Source: Rotaria socialis (taxonomy: Eukaryota). From it: a stretch of 43,826 nt of DNA. Of this stretch, positions 12,521-24,462 are shown piece by piece. Every line of letters begins with the position of its first letter. The stretch's first letter is position 1. The notes under the pieces are model-generated. The model saw only the letters and a list, made by a program, of their open reading frames with translations, had not been told where the DNA came from and did no database searches. The stretch lies in assembly GCA_905331295.1 (NCBI GenBank), contig CAJNYD010000563.1, positions 1 through 43,826 of the forward strand, in the 5' to 3' direction. Made by a program: the position numbers and the translations under genes.

Positions 12521-13014
12521 ATGTCGTCAAGCATTGATCGTGAAACTATGGTTGCAGCTTTATCAGGTTCAATATTTCAGCAATTCATACCTTCATAATT
12601 ATTTTTTTTTGTTCTCTAGAAGCACAACGAAGTGTAGAAGTAATTACCAAAGCTGGGATCACAGAGCTCATGGCATTTCGTCAACCACCACTCAGTGTGA
12701 TTTACGTATTTGAGGGGTTGACTGTTTTATTGGTTCCAAGCAGACGTATGTCAGATTGGAATGAAATTCGAAAATGGTTGGGTAGCCAAGTTAACCAGCT
12801 AATAAATATGCTGATAAACTTAGACAAGGATCTAATTACTGATGAACAGCTGACAAATCTTAAATCTATTTTGGCTCGTCCAGAGTGTGAGCCTGAACGA
12901 GTTAAGAGATGTTCCTTAGCGGCTTATCAACTATGTCAATTTCTTCATGGTGTTGTTGCTTCGGTAACATTCCAACGACAATATCAACAAACTATTAATG
13001 AACCATCATCATGA
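12521..13014 (+). CDS. Stand-alone dynein microtubule-binding domain (stalk tip) protein, 146 aa; exons 12521..12566 and 12620..13014
   Basis: 53-bp GT-AG intron in matching phase. The product ALSEAQRSVEVITKAGITELMAFRQPPLSVIYVFEGLTVLL...DWNEIRKWLG...LINLDKDLIT...PECEPERVKRCSLAAYQLCQFLHGVV follows the dynein MTBD pattern (I-E-x4-PP, DW, FDKD-I, P-F-P, S-AA--LC-WV). Confidence 0.8.
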
Positions 13015-13187
13015 ACGTCTATAAAAACTATGGGTCTCTCCATAATCTATGCGCGTATATGAACATTTTTGCACGTTTCGATTCTGTATTTATATACAAG
13101 GATTTCCCCTTCTCATATAGTAAACAAGCATACTAAAAAAAAACAGCAAACAACAAAAAAAATTGCAATATATTCATATATATCATT

Positions 13188-16100
13188 CTAAGATTTAAAT
13201 TGTTTATTTTTCTGATAAGCATGAAATAATAATTGTGATTTAGCCGATGCTAAACGTTTTTCCAAATACTCAATATCTTTTTCAAGTTCTTTTTCTTCAT
13301 TAAAACTAGTTGATATAACCGCATGTAGTGGACTATTATTCATCGTTGAATTAAGAGCTAGAAAAAGAAGAATTTAATATGAGTCACAATATAAAATCTA
13401 CAACGCTTACAATCATTATGATCGAGACTTTTATTTTTATCGATGAGTAAAAATGCTTTTGTCATAGCTAATTCCAATTTCAGTTCATTTTGACGATGTT
13501 TCAATTCTGATAATCTTTGTTGATGATGAGATTTATCATGAACCTATTTGATGTGGAAAAAAAAACAATATTAGAGGGATATATTTCGCGGTATGAATTT
13601 CTTACTATCGGACTATTCCATACTGCAGTGTTATTCGATCGTCGATCTAGAGAGAAGCAAAAACAGAATATTATCTTCAGTTCTTTGTTTCTAAGAAAAC
13701 ATATTATTCAGTATTAACCACAATTCAGACTCATGATATCATTTTATCCAAACAGAAAAAAAAATTCTTTTCTTTATCAAACCTATTCACATGCAGAATA
13801 CAGTGAACATGTGAATTCACTTTATTTTCGAATTACTACAAAGGTCTATGATGAATGCTTACCTTTCTTTACTGATTTACTTCGTGTTTTAATTGAATTT
13901 GTTCCATTGGTGAGATTTGAGGGTATTGAAGCAATCATTTCTTCTAATATCGTGTTACTCATTGATTCATAACCACTTGAACTAGCACGTCCAGATGCAG
14001 ACGATGCTGTACTACTTGTTGTTAATGGCATTAGATCATCATGAGAATCTAATGTTACTGTTAATGGTGATATTAAAGGTGATGATGGAGGTGATTGAAT
14101 AACAACAACTGGCTGTTGAGGATTTGCTGATGAACGTAAACCGAATAAGCGTTGAAATATAGACGGACGAGGATTGGTTTCGGCTAGACTTGTTGTACGT
14201 ACGGGTACTTGAGGTTTTTTTGATAATTGTGTTAAATGATTTGGTGTTCGTGAATGTCGAGTTCTAGACATGATGTAGGGTGAACTGGGAACAGATGGTG
14301 GATAATTTTCTGGCGAGAGAATTCTATCGAAACGTGTTGGCGATACGATTCTTGATAGCCGTTTATTTTTTTCATCATTCGACATCGTTGATGATAATTG
14401 ATCCATACGGTTTAATGATTGGCTCATTAATGGTTCGTTCTCGATTTTATTTGGAACAATAGGCGATGGTACTAATAATGTTTCAAGTGTTTTTTCTAAC
14501 ATTTCTAAATCATCATTTAATCGATCCGTACTTAATTTTAAATTCATTTTTACGGATTCTAATAGAACTGGTTTCGTAATTGAAGGTGTTGGAGGCGGAC
14601 GAAATGGAAGTAATGAATGATCTTTAAATACTGGTAAAACAGGTAGGTGGCAATGTGAACTAACAATAGACTCAGTTTCGAATGCATTTGATAATTCCGT
14701 TTCATCAATAATATCATTATGAGCATAGAGTGATAATGTGTGCCTGGGCGAAAGTACAGTAGGAGGATGTTTAGGTTTCGTAAGCATCACTTTCGAACGA
14801 TGTTTGGGTGTCAATTTTAGATGAGAAATTTTAGGCGATCGAGGACAAAAATCACGTGGGCCATCAATCCATATTTCATTTTTATGACTGGAAGAACNCG
14901 TAAGCATCACTTTCTGACGATGTTTGGGTGTCAATTTTAGATGAGAAATTTTAGGCGATCGAGGACAAAAATCACGTGGGCCATCAATCCATATTTCATT
15001 TTTATGACTGGAAGAACTTAATGGGCCATCAACCCATATTTCTCCATTAGGACGATTTATCACTGTTTCAATGGAAGCTGAATCACGAGACATCTGAAAC
15101 GAAAAAAGACGTTTTTTGTTTTGTTTTTCTAATGTCAAATGTCTTTCTCGATGCTGCAAATAAAAGAGCTCCGATAAGATATTTTTCAATATTTCTTATC
15201 CTAGACAAAATACAAAAATCAGCGCTACTCAAAAAATTACTATCGCGAAGAAAATAACCATCGAACGCGAACAATCAAAGTTTCCGTTCGGCTCATCAAG
15301 AATGTGTTCTTCTTAAAATTCTCATGTATCTCTGGAAGAATTTCATTTTACTTTGAATCGATGACTTGTACAATACGTTGATCTAATTATATGATTAGAT
15401 CGATTCCTTGCCCTATTTTTTTTTCTATGAAACAAAACTTTAAATATTCACAACATTCAAAATAGACACGGCAAACGTTTTTCGAACACATCAACATGCA
15501 CTAAATGGTCTTACGAATCCTGTGTTTAGAATATTTATTTTTATACTTCACTGAATATTTGTGTTTATGACTCTTATCTAGAAAGGAAATAATAAAGAAA
15601 ACGAAAGCCAACAGAATCGATATCGAATAGTAACACTCTTACTATTATAGTAATTGAGTTGTTCCTTTTTGTATATACTATCTTGATATCTAATTATATA
15701 AATATCCACTCGAATATCAAGCTTCAGGCATTATATTATCTATCGTTCTGATGATATTTGAGACCGTATCAAGAAAATGATTTAGATGTTTACCTTTATT
15801 CGATTACGTTTTGTTCTAAATAATCGTTGAATTTTACTCCAATATTTCAATTGTTTGTCGTTGTTAACAGTTGCAAATATATACAAAAAATGTTCGTCAA
15901 TATTGTTGATCACGAATTCGCTCAAGATTGATGTTAAAGAGAATAATGATTGTTTATAATTGTTGCGTTTACTATTGTACAAAAAAACAAAAAGAGAATC
16001 GCGTATAGACTACATATGTTAGAAAGATTAACGTAGAAGAAAGACACATGTATAATAGTGTAATTAGTTTGATATGGCAAACAACTAAAACTTACTTAGG

Positions 16101-17657
16101 CAAATGGTACGATTGTTTCTGTCTATTTGACGGCAAAGCTAACGCCAATGACATGAGAAGATTAGAAAATTCTTCTTGACTATTATTATTATTATTATTA
16201 TTAGTTGTTCGTGTTTCATCATCGTTATCATCATTTGTTGCAAGTAGATGAAGTTGTACACAATTGATATTTGACAAACGATTAATAAGATGAAATGTTA
16301 TTAATAGCGGAAAAGATTTATGATTAGAACAGATATGATTGATATATTGAAATGTTTGGATAGGACAAGTCACTGAATAGTCACTGGTTAATAATAAAGA
16401 TTTTCCTAGACGAAAAAAATAATTAAAATAAAAAATAATATAATTAAAAATATTTACCTCGTGACGTAAGAATGGTTTTTGTTGTTTCGCTTGAAAATTC
16501 TTCAATACTAATCTGTAAACTTAAATTTGTATTTTGCTCGGTGACAAAATAATACAAATGATTGAGGGCCAATGATATAAGTGTACTTTGAAGTTGACTA
16601 ACTGTAGAAAATAAATAAATCAATATCATCAAAGACTAATAGATTTCTTCTTACTTTCACGATATTGACCAGAAAGTATAATTAATGTATTGATATAATT
16701 TGTTGTTAAACGTGATATACATTGATTAAATATACATTCACTAATGTTCGCTGATTTTTCATTAGACGAAAAGATCTGATCGAATTGTTGCTTTTGGTTG
16801 ACATCTAATGGATATAAACATCGTAGACCGAGTCTAATCTAAACAATGCGACACGTATATAATATATATTTATATCTCTATATAAAATTATCATTAACAT
16901 CATCAGACAGAAGAATCTCTGGTGACATTATTTTGTCTCAAAAGTCATTGTCAATTCGATTCCGACGTAGTCTCTTTTTTCTCTCTTACTGATGCATCCG
17001 TTTCCTCGTGTGTGTCCAGTCCAGTCAATCGATAGAGACAAAATTATACATGAATAGAGACCAATTATCATATTTAGTTACATCGGTCAGCCGAAAGGAG
17101 AAGAAGGAACTGCTGCTGTAATCGACGTCTGTATCTGATTATTGATAGGAAAAAAAAGAATATATATATATATATATATACATACATACATACATATATT
17201 TATTTCTGTTCACTTTATGATTTCATAATTGTTCTATATAACATCAGTTCAAGGATCATATGTTCAATTGATAACTATCTATCTATACAACTACGTAACA
17301 AGAGTCACGGGCTATTTGTCACACATATATGTGCAGTAGCCTGAAGGACTACTGACATGTATGCATATCATAGCAGTCGATCGATGATGACCATTATTAT
17401 GCAAAAAAAATGTATTTCTGTATACATATGTATTTTTACTTTTTTTTTCTTCTTACCCGTGATGATGAAATAGATTTCTTTGGTGTTAATTGAGGATGAT
17501 GGTTATTATCATAAATAGTAAAACTAGACGACTGAAGATGATTGACGGATGATGAAGACGACGGCTGTTGTTGTTGCATAAGTCCAATCGTATGCTTATG
17601 GTCATCGCTGATCATCATTCGTTGTGATGATGAAGGCAAACTAAAAGAAAATGACAT
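13188..17657 (-). CDS. KIF26: KIF26/vab-8-like (kinesin-11) protein with degenerate motor; exons 17657..17457, 16838..16655, 16601..16458, 16405..16096, 15971..15794, 15093..13863, 13646..13606, 13543..13411, 13357..13188
   Basis: Nine phase-consistent GT-AG exons. Motor relics FDQIF, NTLIILSGQ and QLHLL. KIF26-type tail motifs EIWVDGP and SSGYESM. C-terminal coiled coil LKHRQNELKLELAMTKAFLLID...LEKRLASAK. Confidence 0.72.
14779..15017. repeat. 119-bp direct duplication separated by a single N (14898); probable scaffolding artefact
   Basis: 14779-14897 and 14899-15017 are near-identical (2 differences near one end), with an N exactly at the junction. Confidence 0.85.
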
Positions 17658-19368
17658 GGCTCTAATTTCTAGTTGATTAAACTAAGCTCGAGAGGAAGAA
17701 ATGTGTCATCTCTTTTTTCAATGTGATAGGCAATGACGCAAGTAGTATAGGCTAATGTCGAACATATATCGATGAATTATAAAAAAGTAAATATACATCA
17801 TATAGATCTACGAATTGAACATTCACGTTCAAGGTTATACATGATCTCTCAACTGACATTCTACAATTTCATTTTCAAAGAAAGAAAGAAAAAAGAAATA
17901 ATGGCTTTTTTTTGGGATGCACTATGATATGTAAATATTTCATTTATGTATTTCTCTTCTGTACAAATGACACACTTGTCTTGTAATCCAGTTCCGGTAT
18001 GTGTGTCTACCTCGTATGCATACTAATGAATAAGATTTGTTAGTTTTTTTTATTAAATTAATTAGAAATTTTGTCGCTGTCTAATACGATTATCTCATTT
18101 TTCGGAGATGATTATGACAAGAATAGACGACGAGGAAGAAGAAGAAGAAGAAAAAACAAAATCAATAAAAGATGAATTTGATCAACGGATAATCTGAAAT
18201 GATGATTTTCTTTTTTTTTGTCTATAGGTGATGATAGTAAAGGGAAAGATAAACTGTTTTTCTCAGTGCCAATTATAAAATAAAAAGCTGAACACATGGC
18301 GTTATCGACGATTGTCACTTGACATACGCACAACTGGAGATCTGTTGGGCTAGTTTGTGTTTATTTCTATTTACGGTCAATTAGAAGCAAGTGTAGTACA
18401 TGTGCCCTGTGTCCCGCCTCTTACTTTTTTCCTCGAGAGTCTATATCAATAATTCATCGACTAATACTGACAAAGTGTATCTCTGTGCTTTTTTTTAATA
18501 AAGATATAGCGTGACCATCTGATCTTCCAGCGCACATAAAAATATTCTAATTAATTCTATCTTACGAAATAACACACATATATATATGATTACTATTATG
18601 TAAGATCAATATTAAGAGTTTTATATAAGAGAAAATAATTTTTCAGCCTTGATTTATTTAGGTATTTAATAAAAAAAAAAAAGAGAAAGTGAAATAAATG
18701 AATAAGAAAACGTAAGGAAGCATATGTCTCTCGGAGTGTAGAAGAGAAATGCGTTTCTTCTTCAATCTACCTTTAAGTCAACAATAGAATCTAGTACGTA
18801 GTTAGTCAATGAATATGATGTAATCAAGCAGAGTAGCTGGTCGAATGCAGCACATCCGGGTTCAAAGCATCTTTTGATTTAACGAAGAGAATAGGAAAAG
18901 AGAATTGTGCACATAGGAGAGGAGAGGAGAGGTGTCACACAAAGGACCAAACGCCCCAACTAATAACCAACATACAAACACACGCACACACTTACGGTCT
19001 TTTTCTCGTCTACTTATTAACTGAATAGAGAATGAGAGTGAACGAAGAAGAACAAGAAAAAGGAATAGATGAGGATGATGGTGGTGGTGGTCAGTAGAAT
19101 AAATATACGATTAAATTGCTTTTTAGTTGATGTTCATTGGTAAAGAAAATGATTGTGATTTCCGCATTCAATGACAACAAGTAATATATATATATATATA
19201 TCGTTTTTTCAACATTGATGAATAAAAGAAAGAAAAAAGGAAATTTCATGGAATGCAGAGATGAACCTTTAAGTGAGTAACCTTTCACATTCGGAGGATA
19301 TCTAAGTAAAAACTAATCAGATTAATTCAATAAATTAACCCACTCCGCCTTGTTTTACAACATATCAT

Positions 19369-19435
19369 GAGAAGTTTAGAGACTAGACATTCACGCTGAG
19401 AAGTGTAGAGACTAGACATTCACGCTGAGAAGTGT
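19369..19435. repeat. 29-bp tandem repeat, ~2.3 copies
   Basis: gagaagt(t/g)tagagactagacattcacgct repeated head-to-tail. Confidence 0.9.
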
Positions 19436-22400
19436 TAATGACAATAATTATACGAAGAATGTTTGGATAATCAGGAAGTATTGCCGGAAAAGTTCAAAGG
19501 ATCTAGTCTGTTCATTCATATACACACACACACACATACATCGATTATAAGAAAAACAGCTGACCTTGCTTATTCAATCATTTCTGTCTTAATGCGGCGA
19601 GACAATGTTCATTACTTGTGATTTCTTCTCAAACATACATAAAGCAAAATAACTCTTCTGTTTAGTGATTAATATTTATATACAGATCAACATTCATTAT
19701 GATCTAACTGACAAACAAACAGCTCATTGCGATCAGTCAGAACTTACTTTGATGTGTAGAGACGTCTTTTTCTCATATTATTGGTGAGCACGATCGATCG
19801 AAAATAAGATTTTGAAGTCGTGATGGCAGCAATAGAAGAGGACGGACAATCCTATAATAACAATTTATACGTTAAATAAAAAAAAAAACAAGACAAATAT
19901 TTGAATGTACAAGGCTAGAAAAAAGAAAAAAGAAAAAAGACAAACATACATTATGGGAAGACAAAATAACAGATTATCAAATTGGCTTCTCTCAATTTTT
20001 TCTTCTTCTATGCACATTGTTTTGTCTCGCTTTAATACAACATAACAAAATCAATTGGATACGGATACTTACATCATTAAGACAATTTGATTTCCGATCG
20101 AACATGGAATAGAGATTTAATGGATAAAATGGTTTAATAAAATTAAAGATACTTGATCTATAATAAAACATCGATGTATATTTGTGAAATACGAGAAGAT
20201 CATTATTGACAATGTCTATAAATTTTTGAAGGTTGGTCTTGTTATTTTCAAACACTTATTCGATGACATTGCCATTAGAAGAATTCATTAAACACAAAAC
20301 CAGGTAAATCGATTATCGATTCAATTCTAAGCGTTGTTTGCCTAACAAAAAAAAAAAGAAAAAAAAGAACGCAATTTAATAATTATACAAGCGTTCATAT
20401 TTAGTTGTCCTATAAAATACTTATTCTTACATCACACTGATTTCTACTCATCATATGTCATATTAAACAATATCATTCCTTATCTCTAAAAAAAATGTCA
20501 ATTGTTTTATATGTAGAATCTTTCGGACAGTTAAACCATATAAAACTTCTGCTCAACTCAAATGTCTACCGATGGGATGACCAGTTCTCTTCCTCATCAT
20601 CATTATTATTACGTATACAAGAACAAAAGAAGCATAGATGTTGCTTGCTAATAAAAATTGAACAATATGTTGCCTCGATGTAGAAAATATTTGTTTGATG
20701 AATCAAGAGAATATCACGAACGAAAGTGTCACCTATAATTGCTGGTATTATGCTTGGGATTAAGTCGAACTATGCATAGTTTTTGATCATATTGATTAAC
20801 ATTTCATAATAGCTTGTTGTTATTTTTTTCTCTCTCTTTTTAATTTCATTTCGGAAAGATAAGAGAGATATGAAGTCTATTCAAGAAAAATTCAAGTATG
20901 ACTCACTGCAAGATCTCAATCATAGACAACATATTTCATGTCATCATTATCACATATTACACTCTGTTGCATCAATGAAACTTTTCTCTTTTTTTTTACT
21001 TGTCTATCGATAATAGCATAGAGTGTATTCTCCATCTGCTGCTTGTCTTCTATTAAATTCAAATCGATTATTCTTCTTGTAACAAACATTTTTTTTTGTA
21101 CATCGATTCAATTCACTTTCTTGACCTACTAATGAAGTCGACACATTCATGTACAAAATATGTGTAGACATTCATTATCGCTTTTCAATTCGTGTTCAAT
21201 GCATCATAAACTGAAATAGAATTTTATACAATGTATTATTTCATATATAATGAAGTATAGAAAATTTTTTCATTTAAAAATAAAAACAGCAATAGACTGT
21301 AAATTTGAAAATCATCGATAGTTACAGTAAGTTTTTTTTTCTTCAGTCATCTAAACAGCTGAACCCACCGGGTTCGATTTTTCGTTTCGACATGACCGAT
21401 CACTGAACCTCACATTGGTTGTTTCAACAAAAATATCTTTTGTCAGTAGACAATTTTCGTGCCCTCTTGACAAGACTGGACCCAAGCTATTTCTTGAATA
21501 TTTGAGCGAATTGCTTAAAACGATTTTTTTACCGGATATCTATTGATGAAATCGATCAATTACTTATTATTTTTCGTAGTGATTATACATTTATGAGCGT
21601 TGCACAATCAGCATATATCGTAGGTGCTTGTTATATGTCACATGAGAATCATCTTTATAAAGAGCTCGAGCTTCACGAATGATCCAGAGGAAAAAAACAT
21701 GTAATGAGTGAAGCATAGATTAAGAATTCTATACGAAATATTGATCATAAAATAGATAAATTATGTATGAAAATATAGAAGACATTATCAAAAATATCTT
21801 TGCCGATGATCTGTTTGCAAGCAAATTATCCGTTGATTTAATATTTCTCTTATAAAAATTGAAAACAAATAATAATGACGTTGTCTTCGTCAAAATCATT
21901 TGTTATCGAGCCGAAACAATTCATTTCAGTTTGTGAATGAATGATCACAGAAAAAAACTGTCCAACGAACTTGTTTTCGTCTACTAATATTAGACAGGCT
22001 TATTTATTAAAGCATCCTATCAAATTCCTTTGAAGCAATCAAATTTCTTCAATTCAAGAAAAAATAAAAAACATCACTGCATCATCGGAAAATAATTTTT
22101 GTTTTCATAATTTCTTGATTCGTTTTTGTAAAAAAAAATTCAATTAATGTTTTTTTATATAAGAAGTTTGTAAATTCTTTTTTTTTTTTCATTATTCAAT
22201 GGATTTATTTCTTTGAATACAAAAAAGTTCCTATGAAAGCGCATTGTTTACTCTGTGCTTGAATTAATGATACATCTTTCCTGATTACTCTTGTCCATAG
22301 AAAGGAACAAAAAGAAAAATAATGAGAAAAATAATTAAGTACTTAGAAAGTAAAGGTAAAACGAACCTTTATTTATTTCATAATGCACATGACTAAAAAT

Positions 22401-23272
22401 CGATAAAAGAAAATATTTGGAACAAAATTGCGAGAAGCTCAAATTAACGTGGTTCAATTTGTTAGGCACGAGGAATAGATTATAGAAAGGATGCTAATTA
22501 AATCCTGCGACAACTTGCTATTGTCGATATTTAAATCTTTTGAAATAAATCACTCGTATCCATGACTGAATTTGTGTAACATTCTTTGAAATAACTATTT
22601 TCGTAGTAAAATCAATATATCTTAAAATTTGCATATTGATCTACTGAATTTATTCTTCAGCGTCTTAACAAAAGACTTTCACTTCAGTTAGATCGCATGG
22701 TGCTAAAATTTATTCTTAAAAAATACGAGTAGAATTGAATAATAATCAAGCTGAAAATACTTTGCAAGCAACTATCATCGATATGGTTTCGTACAAGCTA
22801 ACATATCAGCAATCGAAAAATTCTATTCATTTTTTGATTAAAATAGTATGACAACCTTTAAAGTAACAGGAGAATTCATCGCTAATAAGTATCACAAGTT
22901 ACGATCATCTTGGTAAGTAATAATACGAATTAGGCACGAGTGGAACCGTTTCAATAAGAATTGTGCTCATAGTTACTGAGATTTATCTCACTGGTGAGTA
23001 ACAGCCCATATAAAGTTTTATACAACAGAAGAATTAGGTTGCTTCATATTGATATTTATATGGAATTTCGTTATTCAAATTTTTTTTATCTCATAAATCA
23101 AAGATACCGTACTTTATTTATGAAAATAAAAAGATCTCATTAAGCACCAAACCTTTTACCATTACGAAAAAAAGAACAGCCTGATTTCATCCGTAGCAAC
23201 GATACACTATCCGCAGGATGATCAGTAGAAAAATAACTGATTTCTCTTCACGCTCCATAGCATAGTACATAC

Positions 23273-24357
23273 CAGAGATGTCCACAGGGTGATTTTTTGT
23301 GCCCTACCATGCCCAGTTGAAAAAAATGCAAAAATTTAAAATGCACTCTGATCCTGCCTGTACCCTGGCCAGGACAGGACAGGGTATCCTGCTGAGCTGG
23401 CATACGGAAAATATCTTTGAACTGGATCCGAGTATTTCCTGAATGAATTCGTTTTAAACAGCTTTCCAAAAAAAACAAGATACTTCTGAAGCAGAACATG
23501 ACAGGATCTATCTAGCCCGCATATGAATTTTATTGAAAAAATACCTGGCAGAAAGTTAAAATTCCGAAAAATCATACGAAACTGAACCAATTTTGGTAAA
23601 ATCGTGATTCGCCCAGAAGAACGTTACAATGACTCATACTATTTTCCATGTAGATCTTGCCGTACTCTATCGATTAGACACATTTTGAGCTCGATTTAAC
23701 ATTCCCGGCCCATAGAAATTAGGTCCAAATTCCTAGGTTTTTTGTTAAATCCTTTCGTGATTGCGCAATAGCAACTTCCAGAGGTAGCCACGGTGGTTTC
23801 TAAACAGATTTTTAACCGATTTATCGACTGGGAGCCACTGCGACTATGTTGAAAAATTCTTCCTGGCCAATCGCGACGGGATTTAGCAAAATTGGTTGAG
23901 TTTTGTATGGTTTTTGTGGCTTTCAGTTTTTTATGAAGATTTGAGTACGATTGGTATCTGGGCTGAATAGAGCTCAGCGAGTTCTACTTGGAAAGTGGTT
24001 TGTGTAGTCCTTGGGAGTAATCCATTCGGAAAATATTCGAAGTTCCCATTCTTACTTAAGATATCCTACGTCTTTTATGGTCACTATTTATAATTATCTT
24101 GATTCTAGCATGTTCATACGGTGGTCAATATAAATCGGAAGTTCTGCTTAACAGTTGCTGTTGCTCTCTGGAGTCTATTTTTTATTTTTGATACTTCGAA
24201 ACTAAAAGTATGTCTTCAAAACTGAAATTCAAACAACTGAATTTTACCTTGCAGAGTACAGCTCCCACCCTGCCCTGCTCTGCAATTTGCCCTGGTCTAC
24301 CCTGTCGTGCTACAGGGTAGGGTAAAATTAATTTTTTTTGCCCTGTGGGCATCTCTG
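23273..24357. mobile_element. Non-autonomous hAT-type element (~1.09 kb)
   Basis: TIRs CAGAGATG(T/C)CCACAGGG; perfect 8-bp TSD GTACATAC (23265-23272, 24358-24365); subterminal CCCTG/CAGGG repeats. Confidence 0.92.
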
Positions 24358-24462
24358 GTACATACGTATTTGTTTCTCTTTCATCAATAACCATGCCTGA
24401 TACAGAAATTACATTTTTTAGATTTTGATTTCTTCATATTGCTTTGGATCGTAGAAGTAAAA

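Noticed and set aside
19369..19435. 29-bp repeat as a possible CRISPR array
   Set aside because: Head-to-tail copies without spacers, no cas genes, eukaryotic context.
21400..23000. Short coding-like patches and + strand splice signals
   Set aside because: No consistent exon chain or recognisable protein; at most a heavily decayed remnant.
23248..24394. Short ORFs within the hAT element
   Set aside because: They arise from GC-richer subterminal repeats and show no transposase motifs.
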